Below are positions 10,476-24,592 of a stretch of 64,000 bases of DNA, one piece after another. The position numbers were made by a program, and so were the translations under genes. The stretch lies in the NCBI RefSeq assembly GCF_902652985.1, contig NC_047020.1, positions 36,704,001 to 36,768,000 on the forward strand, written 5' to 3'. The stretch comes from Pecten maximus. Lineage: Eukaryota. Within the stretch, counting starts at the first letter, position 1, and the number at the start of each line of letters is the position of its first letter. The notes beneath the pieces are model-generated. The model saw only the letters and a list, made by a program, of their open reading frames with translations. It was not told the DNA's origin and did not search any database.

Positions 10476-13400
10476 ACATATATGCAGTACATTTCAAAAA
10501 GATACCAATGCATCAAACAACTGTGTGGTTCTAGGACTCATCAGTGATACAAGAGGCCAAGTATCTGGAAATCAAAAAGGGAAGTCAGGGAAGGGAACAC
10601 AACACAGACCTAAGATAGAGCAGGAGGTACACTTTCCCCGTAATTCAATTTATCTTGGAAAAAATAGAAAGAGAGAAATAAATTACCCGCGTCTAAATTC
10701 GTACAGATAGTGGTATCAGTTCAGAATATACACACAGATTTTTTTTCAGTGAGGCGTCATTAGAAGATGCAGTGTATTAAATTGCATTGAGTTATAAATT
10801 TGCATTGTTCTCATTCATTAGCATGCCTGCTCGTAACAGGTTTCCAACAAGTTTCTTTGTAAAAAATTGTATTGTCTTTCAAATTTACAGTTTTGCAGTG
10901 CCTCGACCAACATTCACTTTTTTCTTTGTTTCAGTCTGAGAAAGACATGCTATCAAAAAGTTAATCCTTACATTCTGATATTAGTACAATAAAATATTTA
11001 CTTTTTATTGATTTATTATTTTTTTCAATATAAAATGTTTGTTTCGGTGGCAGCTTGATTTGCTATAGGTAGTGTTTCTAATTCCTGATGCTGAGGCGCT
11101 GATATATCGGCCAAAAACGTTACATGATCTATGGTCGGATGGAGCTGTAGAATTCGATCCCTTCATTGCTGCAATGCAAGAAGAGACCTAACTGGTAAGT
11201 AGATTAGCCTCAATTTCGTCTGACCGGTGACGTGTACAACCTGTCAAGTTCATGTCTCTTGTTCGACCCTCTAATAGTCGGACCTTGGGACAGACCCCGC
11301 GTGACAGAACAGCGACAGAACCACGTGTGTTATTTGGAAAGAAAAAAACAATTAATTCCGGAAAAGAACGTCTTTACGACTGCTCGAGGACATTAAGGCA
11401 TATGTCCAGCTTGTTTGCACTGACCCAATAGGTATAAATCCATCGTAAAAGGTCCGTATGTGTTCATTTTGAAACAATCAATTGTGCTCGTGCTAAATTA
11501 TTCCATCAGCGCTGTTTGTGAAACCTACAATGTTAACTTATAGATTTTTAACTAAAACGTTCAAACCAATGGATTTCAAGAGAACCTGTTTTTAAGTGAT
11601 ATTTCTGTAAGTTAGTCTAACAAACAAATGCTGATATATCTTTGTGTGAAACGATATGTATTTTTTAAAGTGATAAGGAATGTTTCTTGTCAGAGTTCTT
11701 AAGCTAACTAGTCTCTGAACAACCGGGCGATTGGCATTCCCAGGGGTGCTATGTTTGGTTCCGTAGTGAAACCGAGCCGATGCGGTTATGATGTGTTTAA
11801 TTACATCCAATATTCTCTACCATATGAATCAATAATCTAGCTGACATTTTAATGGACTTGACAATACTTGTGTCATCCGTTCAACGTCCGATATATATGT
11901 ACATACGTATATATATATGCAAATCAAATATATGTGAAATGGACATTTGATGAATCGGAATTAAACATATTTCCGGATCCATATATTTGTATCAAATATA
12001 ATTTCAACATAGCAGATATCCACACTTTTCGATTGAAATGTACAATATTAGATTTACTATATGGTATTGCTAGGCTTAAACGCCTACATGTACAGAGAAA
12101 GACCCGTGTTGTTAACTACCGATAATTGCCGCCTTGGGGACAACTTTATTAGGGAAGGTCGCGTGTTCAATATATAACGAAACATACATGTTCTAAAACA
12201 CAAAAAACTCTATTAACACTGCTTTTTCTCTGTGGCACCTAACTCACGAACTTAGCAGAAGACAGTAATGAGTGAAAAGGCCGTAACAATGGCGGATTTT
12301 GTTGTGTTGCGGTTTCCCTATAAGCTTGTCAGGAAGCGAATCCGTAAGATATCACTATACGGCATTGTTGGTTTTAAAAATACACCAAAGTTTAAATTAA
12401 CGATCCTGTGTTTAAAATTCGCTCAGTCAATACTTGTTTAGAAAATCGTCAATTCAGCACGTGGCATTTCAATTGCTAGAGGCAAGCGTATTCACAATTT
12501 GTTGACAAATGTCGGCATCATCGGCGGAATAGTATTGTGATGCCATGGTTGAATAAAGGTACTTACTGTGCCAGTCCTGTCTGAATTAATTATGCATTCG
12601 AGTTACATTTGAATATTTCATGTCGGCGTCGTAATTCAGAGGGCCTTGGTTTAAACATAAATATGTCACCGACTTGGGTACTGTTCGCGAGGAATAATTA
12701 CACATCCCCACGGCCTTGCCTGGTGTAGTCTCAATCAAGCCTCGCACTCGCAATTATCGGTCTTGAAGGTCGAGGAATATTATTGCTCTTCGATAAAATT
12801 ATATATAAAGGATTTAATCAAAATTAATCAATATTCTTTATTGGTTTACAACAGCATCTTTATGGCGATGATATTTTTGTGATGTACATATTTTTTATGT
12901 AGAGATAAAGATTTTAGTTAACGATCAATAATGCGTTTTTATTAAGTCAAAGTTGGTGTATATCGGAGGGAGGGAAAGCAATATAATGATAGCAAAACAT
13001 GAAATTGATTTTTGCGTTCTGTTGCAAATTAAACGCCAAGGGTAGACATGAATAGAAAAAGGCTATATATAAGAGGCGCAGAAAAATGGAAATGCAATTC
13101 CGGATACAAACGAATTATGTAAATATGGCCATGGTGTGTGTTAGTCTGACATTGAGCTTCCAGGGCAGACGAATGTTTTATACCTGTAGCAGTATATATT
13201 GATTTGTCATCAAACGTCACCGGGACACTGATTCTGAAGACACCGTGATTTTACAGCGTTTGTTCCAGGCACCCATATAACAGATCTTATGAATAGTAAA
13301 GAGTCGCCATTGTCCGTCTCGTTTATCTGTAGCTTCCTTTTAAAGATCTCTGGTTCGTATTTAGTGTCAACTGCTTAATGGAAAGCTGATAACAACACGC

Positions 13401-14601
13401 TGCAAGATTATACAGGCTTTTAAATTTATAGTGAAAAAAAAACTGTAAAAAAACCTGAATAATAAAATAATATGTTTGACTTTATTCTAGTTGAATTTTA
13501 AAAGGCTACCTGGCAGAATACAACAGAATAAGATTGATGTCAACAAATGTAAATTATCATATAAATAATTTGTTTACCGTCCTCTATACAGATTAAACAT
13601 GGAAACAAAGGACATGGCAGTTTAGATACGTAATTTGTCACGACAGGTATAAATAAATATGCATGTACATGTATTCTTTTACATTTGTATTAAATGGCCA
13701 AAATGATAAACAATGCAACGGTATTATATTTTGTTAAGGTCCTCTTTCCATATTAAAAATCTGAACATGTCATAGCCTAGCATTCGATAAACCTGATACA
13801 ACAAGGCCATATGAGAGAAGGAACGACGGAAATAACTAAAATCTGTGGAAAACAAGTATATGTGACCACTATGGTGAAATGATTTGTATTCTTCAAATCA
13901 ATTTATTAAATAATGTTTTCTTTCCGGACCGTGTGGTATCGCGCCATATCATCGACGTCCTGACGTCATGTCATGTGACGTCAAATATTTGCGTCCATCT
14001 TATACATTTGGAGAAAACATCTTTATCAATTCACAGATACACAATTTACAACATTTTTGTATTTAATAAAATTGAAATACTCACATGGGTATGACATGCA
14101 ATTTTGTTCATCGTTTGCCAATATGCAGATAGGCAAAGCTATACCCTTTATAAGTAAACACAATATGCAGTGTATACGGTGTTGTTGTGAATATACGAGT
14201 TTCGTGTTTAACAAACGACTAGCAAATCAAGGTCGTGATGAAAACTGGTGTGCATGCAAGAAAACTAAAATTAAAAAAGAAACCATATATCCAAACTGCT
14301 GTCACTAGGATTCCCTATGCTCTAACCTCCATAATCCAAAGCCAAACGAAATCCTACGATTCTACTAGATGTTCTACATGTGCTGCTCGCGATATCATCC
14401 TTTGGGATATGGCAAGCCTATTACTTCATCCTTACTGTAAGACAAAGCTTACCTGAATGTGTTTGTAGATGGTAGTTACATGTGCAGGGACTCTTTTATG
14501 GTCTAAATTTTGTACATAAAAACTCTATATGAAGATATATTACCAAGCATCGCGTTTTACTATTACAAATTTTATTTGTTTTTAGTTGTTTAGGATCTTC
14601 G

Positions 14602-16862
14602 CAACAGCTAGGGTCATATGAGGATGGGTGGCTAGGGGAACACCAACAGCTAGGGTCATATGAGGATGGGTGGCTAGGGGAACACCAACAGCTAGGGTCA
14701 TATGAGGATGGGTGGCTAGGGGAACACCAACAGCTAGGGTCATATGAGGATGGGTGGCTAGGGGAACACCAACAGTCAAGGTCATATGAGGATGGGTGGC
14801 TAGGGGAACACCAACAGTCAGGGGTATATAAGGACAGGTGGCTAGAGGAACACCAACAGTCAGGGTCATATGAGGATGGGTGGCTAGGGGAACACCAACA
14901 GTCAGGGTCATATGAGGATGGGTGGCTAGGGGAACACCAACAGTCAAGGTCATATGAGGACAGGTGGCTAGAGGAACACCAACAGTCAGAGTCATATGAG
15001 GACAGGTGGCTAGAGGTACACCAACTGTCAGGGTCATATGAGGACAGGTGGCTAGAGGTACACCAACAGTCAGGGTCATATGAGGACAGGTGGCTAGAGG
15101 AACACCAACAGTCAGGGTCATATGAGGACAGGTGGCTAGAGGAACGCCAACAGTCAGGGTCATATGAGGACAGGTGGCTAGAGGAACACCAACTGTCAGG
15201 GTCATATGAGGACGGGTGGCAAGGGGAACACAACTGTCAGGGTCATATGAGGACAGGCGGCTAGGGGAACACCAACAGTCAGAGTCATATGAGGACAGGT
15301 GGCTAGGGGAACACCAACAGTCAGGGTTATATGAGGACAGGTGGCTAGAGGAACACCAACAGTCAGGGTTATATGAGGATGGGTGTCAAGGGAACACCAA
15401 CAGTCAGGGTCATATGAGGATGGGTGACAAGGGGAACACCAACAGTCAGGGTTATATGAGGACGGGCGGCAAGGGGAACAACAACAGTCAGGGTTATATG
15501 AGGACGGGTGGCTAGGGGGACACCAACAGTCAGGGTCATATGAGGACAGGTGGCTAGAGGAACACCAACCGTCAGGGTTATATGAGGACGGGTGGCAAGG
15601 GGAACACCAACAGTCAGGGTTATATGAGGACAGGTGGCTAGAAGTACACCAACTGTCAGGGTTATATGAGGACGGGTGGCTAGAGGAACACCAACTGTCA
15701 GGGTTATATGAGGACGGGTGGCTAGAGGAACACCAACAGTCAGGGTCATATGAGGACAGGTGGCTAGAGGAACACCAACAGTCAGGGTCATATGAGGACG
15801 GGTGGCTAGAGGAACACCAACTGTCAGGGTCATATGAGGACGGGTGGCTAGAGGAACACCAACTGTCAGGGTTATATGAGGACGGGTGGCTACAGGAACA
15901 CCAACAGTCAGGGTCATATGAGGATGGGTGGCTAGGGGAACACCAACAGTCAGGGTCATATGAGGACAGGTGGCTAGGGGAACACCAACAGTCAGGGTCA
16001 TATGAGGACGGATGGCAAGGGGGACACCAACAGTCAGGGTTATATGAGGACGGGTGGCAAGGGGAACACCATCAGTCAGGGTCATATGAGGATGGGTGGC
16101 TAGGGGAACACCAACAGTCAGGGTCATATGAGGATGGGTGGCTAGAGGAACACCAACAGTCAGGGTCATATGAGGACGGGTGGCTAGAGGAACACCAACA
16201 GTCAGAGTCATATGAGGACATGTGGCTAGAGGAACACCAACAGTCAGGGTCATATGAGGACGGGTGGCTAGAGGTACACCAACCGTCAGGGGTATATGAG
16301 GATGGGTGGCTAGGGGAACACCAACAGTCAGGGTCATATGAGGATGGGTGGCTAGGGGAACACCAACAGTCAGGGTTATATGAGGACAGGTGGCTAGGGG
16401 AACACCAACAGTCAGGGTTATATGAGGACCGGTGGCAAGGGGAACACCAACATTCAGAGTCATATGATGATGGGTGACAAGGGGGGCACCAACAGTCAGG
16501 GGTATATGAGGACAGGTGGCTAGAGGAACACCAACAGTCAGGGTCATATGAGGACGGGTGACAAGGGGAACACCAACAGCCAGGGTCATATGATGATGGG
16601 TGACAAGGGGGCACCAACAGCCAGGGTCATATGAGGATGGGTGACAAGGGGAACACCAGCAGTCACGGTCATATGAGGATGGTCGACAAGGGGAACACCA
16701 ACAGTCAGGGTCATATAAGGACGAATGACAAGGGGAACACCAACAGCCGGGGTAATATGAGGACGAGCGACAAGGGGAACACCAACAGTCATGGTCATAT
16801 GAGGATGGGTGACAAGGGGGACACAAACAGTCAGGGTCATATGAGGATGGGTGACAAGGGGG
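14602..16862. repeat. 42-bp minisatellite, ~54 copies
   Basis: Unit GGGTCATATGAGGA(T/C)(G/A)GGTGGCTAG(G/A)GGAACACCAACAGTCA; it accounts for all the repetitive ORFs in 14.5-17 kb. Confidence 0.97.
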
Positions 16863-18061
16863 TCCGTAATTTGAAATACTTTATTAACAAAACTGTTCCC
16901 CAATGGAAAACAAAGGTTCTCCCTGTTTATATTGGGGGATATCCCCATGCGCCTATTATCAAAGATAATTGGAGAATGTTAGTTTTTTATGCCGAAATCG
17001 CGAAATGTAACTTTCACGAAAACAACCGGACTTGCAGTAGCTACATTCTTGTTTACCGAGCAGTCAGTGCCTTTAAAATAATAAGTGTATGTTCCTGCGA
17101 TAAATGATTTGCGTTCACATCAGATAAACCCATTAACTTATTGTTAGATTGGTCTAACGCAATGCAATAAAAGAAAAGACGAATTTTTTTGGGGGAAAAT
17201 CACTATCGCCTGAGAAATGGTAAACCTGAAACACCGGCAGAGTCGTCAATGAAGTAAATGCTATCATTTTCAGAAGACAAAGCATTATGACCTTAAACTA
17301 TACTTTTTACCAGTATTCGTCTACTTTTTCTTGCCATCAGTCCTTTCTCTAGGTTCACACTTTGATGACTGGCATAGATAACATAAAACAGCCGTTTCAA
17401 TTCTTTATGGATTCGCTCTGATATAAAACAGAGCTACACAACGAATCGTTTCTCACATCAGACTTGTAAAATTTACGTCTTTGTAAGACAAAACCTGCCA
17501 TAGACCTGGTACACTGAAGCGAGAATTTTAATACAAGGCCTCGTAGCAAATCAACCTTTTTAAAATGAATTTGTCTATTAGTTTTACCTACTCCGAGGTA
17601 TCGGCTTAAAAAACTCTAGAGAGCTGTACATGGTAATTATGAGGGCTCCGTTGGTATTTCATCTTCGCTTCCTGTTGTGGGCTTAGCATATCGATTTTAA
17701 CTTTCAATTTGGACATTATGTTTCAGGAAAATTGTATTATTTCTATTTTAATTATCCTAACACCTCGAGGGGATTTAATTATACAATAATGTGAAAAAAT
17801 ATACGTCAAATAACAAAATATATTCCTGCAATGACCAGGAAAAAGAGATTGGCTGAGTAGATGCCATTATCTTCATCCTCTAGACACCTGAACCCCGTCC
17901 CTGCTTCCTGATTCTACAGTATCACAATTGGATTCTCCAGACAAGGAGGCCGATAACACGAGCACGTGACAGGTTTTATTTCCTTCCTCCTGGGTTCCGT
18001 GTATTTCCTTTATCTTACTTTAACATAAAGTATACCTCTGGAAATAATTGAAGTGAAATAT

Positions 18062-18645
18062 ATCTTATTCTGCAATATTCTCTTTGGTATCAGACGGGTT
18101 ACAGTATTCTACTGACTGATCGGTAGAGGCGACTAATACGTTTTATTCTATAATATTCTCCTTGGTGCTAGGCGGTATGCTCGGCAGAGGCGACTAATAC
18201 GTCTTATTCTATAATATTCTCCTCAGTATCAGAAGGTATGCTCGGCAGAGGCGACTAATACGTCTTATTCTATAATATTCTCCTCAGTATCAGACTGTAT
18301 GCTCGGCAGAGGCGACTAATACGTCTTATTCTATAATATTCTCCTCAGTATCAGACTGTATGCTCGGCAGAGGTGACTAATATGTCTTATTCTATAATAT
18401 TCTCCTTGGTGTTAGACGGTATGATCGGCTGAGGCAACTAATACGTCTTATTCTATAATATTCTCCTCAGTATCAGACGGTATGCTCGGCAGAGGCGACT
18501 AATATGTCTTATTCTATAATATTCTCCTCAGTATCAGACGGTATGATCGGCAGAGGCGACTAATATGTCTTATTCTATAATATTCTCCTTAGTATCAGAC
18601 AGTGTATTGGATTACGGCATCAACTGTATGATCGGCAGAGGCAAC
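18062..18645. repeat. 61-bp minisatellite, ~9 copies with decayed edges
   Basis: Unit TTATTCTATAATATTCTCCTCAGTATCAGACGGTATGCTCGGCAGAGGCGACTAATACGTC. Confidence 0.95.
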
Positions 18646-21519
18646 GAATCATAGAAAACATGAAGAGTAAAAGCTAATCCCCCAAACATATCATTCTGGT
18701 TATGTATATATTTCTATCTGCATAAATCATTACAATGTATTTCCGTATTATTTATGCTTCAAAAAATATCTCTTGACATCAATTCATTGTGATTGATTCT
18801 CTTTATTTAAAGCACAATACACATATTATACCGTATAGTTAGTTCTTTTTGCGGTTACAAATATTTGCGATTTACTCCCAAATCTGTGTGACATAATTTT
18901 TTGAGGTTTGGATACAGTCAGTTGTAAAATATGTTTGCATAGTATACGCTACCGACTTAAAGAATAATGAGATGTCCTACTCATCTGTTCATATCCTAAC
19001 GACGCTACAACAATAATCATGATGACGTAACCCCTCCACTACACGTGTTATTTGTTTAAAAAAAATGAAAAATAGGATTTATTTACAACTTGTGAAGTCA
19101 TCTTCTTACAACAATAATTCAACAACAGATGATATCATAGATTGTCAATTATTGTTGATTTTAGTATTGTGTAATTTGTGAAGTTAACACCTGCATAACA
19201 AACAGATCTTAATGTCAAGTTCGTCACACCCCCACCATACCAATCTAATACGATTTATTGGCCTCTCAATGGAAGCCGAAAATTAACTTTAAGCAATTTG
19301 ATAAATTGCTGTAGTTTACGAACGATTCACAAAAGTTTGAAGCAAAGAAATGCATTTTCAAGCGAAACCTGAAACGACAAAAACGAGCCTCAGCAAAATA
19401 AACCTTTACAGTAAATACAATTTTTCGTTCAAGAATTTGTGTATTGTTTTAGAGAAGCACTATGGACACAATGAAAGTGTATTAATAGTCGTGTTTGTTG
19501 TATATTGTACTTGTGATAAATGAGATCCCCCAACCTAAAATGTATAACCTTTGACCTCTCCCAATTTTACACATTTTGTGGTGTCCGTTGACATTACTCT
19601 TGGTTGATCTTTGGCCCAGAAAGGTAAGTGTGCCACACAATTAATGAGACTCCTACAAGTATATCGCCTTTACTACAATTTTTCTCGCTCATTTTGACTG
19701 GTTGTGTATTTATGGTGATATAAATGACACTTAAGTAGCAAATGTGTCCTCTCCTTAATATCTAAATGCTCAAATTATCCTTCAAGCATTAATGCTCCGG
19801 TAAGTAGAACGGCAGTATGATTATTAAATCTAAAGCAGTGTAATCTATTCCATGTGTTATTCTTTGAAAGGTAATTGTGTGACTTTACGAAAGAGCGGAC
19901 TGTCTCGAAATTCTGTCAATTTACCTCCCGGACGCTACTTTTTCATAGATATCATATATAAAACATGAAAAAACACACATCAGCATTATAAAGCATTAAT
20001 ACTTATGGTGATTATCTGAGAAAGATTTTGTATAATTACAAAACAAAATCAGTCCTGATTTTATTTTCATATTTTCATCGAAAATCTGTACTAATCTGGC
20101 GTCTTAGCAATTAAACACAACATTTTTGTTGGACTTTTAGTCAGTTATTTAACATGAGCTAATGATACAGAGAAAGCGATTGCATAAACAACGAACAACT
20201 TTTTTTGTATAATTATGTCAAAGACATGTTGACTTGTACTATTTCTTTTGTTGTTACGTTTAGCTTAACAATAAATTTCCTTCCTAATTTTATGGCTTTC
20301 TTTGGATACATTTTGTTAAGTTGCCGAATCTTTGGTATTTCAAAGCATTCTAATTATCAGCGTGGTTCAAAATCGTCGTTACGGCTGAAAGCTATTATGT
20401 CAATGACGCACTAAATCAATGAATATATTGCAATGAAATTTAATTATAGTCGAAATATCAGAGTTACCTTGCTTTTATTGTTTGACAATTAACATATCAA
20501 CACAATGATATAAAACACCCAGCACTTAATCTATTGTTTACGTAAATGTTTTATATCACAATTTTAATTGTAATTGCAAATTAATGTAAACATTTATATT
20601 AATAGCTATCATCAAATAAATCATAATTGAAGTCACTGATGTTATGTACTATATTCATATATAGACGATCAATGTAATTGACATATCTAGTGTTTGTCTT
20701 AAAGTGTGTGTAATTAAGCATAAAACAATGACAAATATAGCCAGCCTACTTTATGACACAAACGCCTGGTAAATCTCACCTGGGTTTTTTATACCTGCAA
20801 TTTCTCAGGTGTTTTTCATGTAATGCAGTGTCATCCTATCATATGTGTTTATTTACAGTAATTATGTAGTAGATCACATACATTACATTTGACACCTTGG
20901 CGACAGCAGGGAGACATATATCGAACTGTCAAAAACCGGTCCGAATCGATTACGACATTATCAATACTATCATTATTCTCTGTACAAGGACGTCAGGTAA
21001 TGTTGAAATACAAATATAAACTTCAATAGACCCAGGCCTTATCCAAAGTCTATCATTTATTTGAAAGTCACACTTTAGAAGATTTAGCTATACATGTGTG
21101 ATGTTAACACACATCTTTGAGAGTTTTTTGTGGCTTGGATATTAACTACTTTCCAGACTAAGTTCGTAAATGAAAAGAAAACTTATGTACTTAGATATCT
21201 ATTGTGAAGATTCGATTATAAAAAGTCATTTAATTTTATAGGTAATGCTATTGGTGTGCATGATTTCACACAACAAAGGAAAGAAGAGGAAAAGGTAAAT
21301 TAGGAATTAACTGGATTAAACTTACAGGCAATCTACAAAGTAAACAAACAATATATATATATACTATGTTGATATATCGCGAAATACAAAGTGTGTCATT
21401 TAAATTTACTTTGCTGTTACTACGTATACTGTGGGCACGCGGGGAGGTATAGTTACACCTTTATCATCATACCTGTCGACTCGTCGTCCTCTGTGCGTGT
21501 GTATACAGAGCGTATTGAT

Positions 21520-21550
21520 CTGATTGGCCACTTGGAAAGTGGGCGGGGCT
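21520..21550 (+). promoter_or_regulatory. Candidate protocadherin proximal promoter: inverted CCAAT box plus GC box
   Basis: CTGATTGGCC (NF-Y/Y-box consensus) followed by GTGGGCGGGGC (Sp/KLF consensus), about 420 bp upstream of the ATG, in an AT-rich background. Confidence 0.5.
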
Positions 21551-21958
21551 AAATGACCATTGTTTGAGATTTTTACTACTACACACGATTAAACACACAT
21601 TTGGGTGAATTTAAACAGGATAAAGGCTATTCTGTCAGTGGCTTTATTTATATTTTCACTTGTCTGCATAGAGTGGTGTAAAACTTGACTTGTCAGCCAT
21701 AGGATTAACACAAACAGTGCTTTGTTTACGAGGAGCTCTGCGGTATGATGCTGTTTAAGCAGTACATCTCTGCATATACCTGGATAACGTTGACATTTAC
21801 AGGTAGATAGTCACGGGTGAACCAGGTGTGTTGGTACGGTGCGTTTTGCTCATTACCATATCGATTTAATTAGCAATCTAAACAGCTGGATAGAAGCGTA
21901 TCTGTGCAGTGGCGGCCCCGGACCATGTTGTCTAAAGTTAAGTAAATGGAATTGCACG

Positions 21959-24592
21959 ATGGCCAATCTCCCACTACTACTGTGCATTATTGTACTGTGC
22001 TTTTTAGGGTTAGTCAACGGTGCCATTCAAATACAATACAGTACCACGGAGGAGAGTGGTATCGATGACGTCATCGGAAATACAGCCGTGGATGCTGGAC
22101 TGGCAAGTCTTGTGGCAAATGCCGAGGAGTTACAGGCACTGAGGTATAGTTTACTCAAAAATGGTAACCCGGACGCTTCTAGATTTTACGTCGACGAGAA
22201 TACTGGCGACATTCTGACTTCCGAATCTTTGGACCGAGATGTAATTTGCGCCTTTGTCGCTTCTGGTTCGGATTGTTATTTGACGATGTTCGTTATTGCA
22301 CAATCATCAACCGGAAGTTTCTTCAAAATTGAAGTTCAGATACTAGTGATAGACATTAATGATAACACTCCAACATTTGAACAGGATGTGGTCAGTCTTT
22401 CTGTACCGGAAGGGACGGAATCGGGTACATCATTCGCACTAGACGGTGCCCAGGATCCGGATAGTGGTATTTTCACTATACAATCATATAGTATTAATTC
22501 CAATGACACTCCATTCGTAGCCAAAGCTGACACATTTCCTGACGGCCAGTCCATGCTCAAGCTGATAGTTAATGGGACACTGGACAGAGAAATTACTGGG
22601 TTCTATATGCTCCACGTTTTGGCATATGATGGAGGTCAGCCCCCTAATATAGGATCGCTAATGGTCAACGTCACTGTGACGGACGTCAATGAATTCCCGC
22701 CGAAATTCACTCAATCTGTGTACAACGTCACCATTATGGAGGACCATGACGTAAACGGCAGTATAACTGTGGTGAAAGCCATTGATCCAGACGGTGGCGT
22801 GAACGGAGAAGTATTTTATTCACTCAGCCCTCTGCAGTCTGCTGCGGTGCTAGAGAGGTTCCGAATAGACTCAACTACAGGAGAGATAACTTTACGTACG
22901 TCCTTAGTGGAGGATAGTAAAGAGGGGTACCGGGTGATTGTAGAAGCCTATGATAGGGCAAAACAACCGATGATGTCACAAGCTCAAGTTTTCATCAAGG
23001 TCATTGACAATCACAATAACGTACCGACCATTCAAGTTGACCTATTGTCAAACACGAACTTTGCCGAGATATCCGAGCACGCGAGTCAAGGTGCAGCGGT
23101 CGCTCACGTAGCGGTAACGGACAAAGATACTGGAGCTAACGGACTGGTAGTGTGTAATGTCTTAAACGACAATTTCCGGATACAGAAATACGAGGATATG
23201 GAATATAAAATAGTTGTGTATACGTCATTAAATCGTGAGGTAGTAGAAGAATATAACGTCACGGTGAAGTGTGATGACGCTGGAACTCCACCAAAACACG
23301 TGACGTCATCGTTTAGGGTACTTGTACTGGACGAGAATGATAACGCGCCAAGGTTCACACAGCAGAACTATTATGCCCATATCAAGGAAAACAATGAGAT
23401 TGGCAAGAAAGCAGTTGTAGTAACTGCGACAGACATTGATAAAGGCACAAACGCCTTAGTGAAGTACGCGTTATCCCCGACGAACGACCAGAGATTCCAG
23501 ATAGAGACAGAAACTGGGCAGATATCGGTTAACATTCAACTGAACAGGGAAGTACAGGCACAGTATAGCTTCCAGGTCATGGCAATGGACCTCGGAACTC
23601 CGTCCCTAACCGGAACAGCTGTGGTATATGTAATTGTTGAGGATGAGAACGACAACTCGCCAACATTTGGCGAGAACCATTTCCACTTTTATGTGCAGGA
23701 GAATCTCGCGGCTAATACTAGTATCGGTATAGTTAGTGCTTACGATGTTGACCTTGGTGACAATGGCGTGATTGATTATTCATTAGTATCTCTTAAGGAA
23801 ACATCGGCGCCATTTTGGCTTATGGAAAACGGAAGTATCATGACGTCATCAATTCTAGACCGTGAGATAGTGGACCGGTATGACCTTAGGATGACGGCAG
23901 TCGACCGAGGTGACCCGCCTCGTGAGGGGTCAGCAATTATCACAGTTCACGTGATCGACGATAATGACAATGGACCCATCATCACGTTCCCCTCCGAGAC
24001 CAACAGCTCTGTCTCCATCCCGTACGAGACCCCTCAGAACCGGGTCATAAGTACCATTGATGCATATGATAAAGACTCTGGCATTAATTCAAAGCTATCA
24101 TTTTTCACAAGAGACTTAAATGTATCGGAGTACTTTTTATTGAACAGTTTTTCTGGAGATATTTACCTTATAAAACAGCTTTCTTCATCAGATATCGGAA
24201 TGTATACATTTGAGGTACTCGTTCAGGATGGGGGCACATTTCCGCTCTATGCCACTCGGACAATGACCATTGCCATTACGGACAGTTTGACCACTGAAAG
24301 TTTCCCCAAATATGTCACGATAGCGATCTGTATATCGGTCATCACCATATTTTTGGCAGTACTATTATTTTTTGCCATATATCTCGTGAGGCGTTACGAC
24401 CTACGAAAACCAGAAAGTTTTAACAAACAGGTCGACGATAGTTTCTCAGACAAGACCATACAGGACGAAATAGAGGCTGGCTTCGGGGACCTGACGATCG
24501 ACCGGAACAGCAACGTATACACCCAACAGACGTTCGGGGTGATTGGCATCCCCAAAAGGCCCCAGATCATCGACCGGTCCATATCGTTACAG
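21959..24592 (+). CDS. Protocadherin (7 cadherin repeats, delta-1/PCDH1-7-9-11-like architecture), large first coding exon, 878 codons
   Basis: ATG in context GCACGATGG; signal peptide MANLPLLLCIIVLCFLGLVNG. Six linkers (DINDNTP, DVNEFPP, DNHNNVP, DENDNAP, DENDNSP, DDNDNGP) define EC1-7, with LDRE and AxDxG motifs. TM YVTIAICISVITIFLAVLLFFAIYLV followed by RR. Strong phase-0 donor CAG|GTGAGT at 24592/24593. Confidence 0.95.

Noticed and set aside
7440-11200. Exon-like GC-richer patches (~7490-7562, ~9380-9512, ~11069-11193)
   Set aside because: Splice-like signals are present, but frames stop early and no recognisable protein or consistent phase chain emerges.
14496-17107. Long repetitive ORFs (245, 207, 485, 181 and 158 aa) as real proteins
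   Set aside because: They are by-products of a 42-bp unit open in several frames on both strands, with frame-breaking indels and no signal peptide or clear exon boundaries.
18828-19413. Possible TA-flanked MITE (TACCGTATAG...TTTACAGTA); a similar end at ~9290-9336
   Set aside because: The TIR match is too degenerate to call.
21839-21958. N-terminal 40-aa extension of the protocadherin ORF
   Set aside because: It starts at GTG; the signal peptide and a good Kozak ATG begin at 21959.
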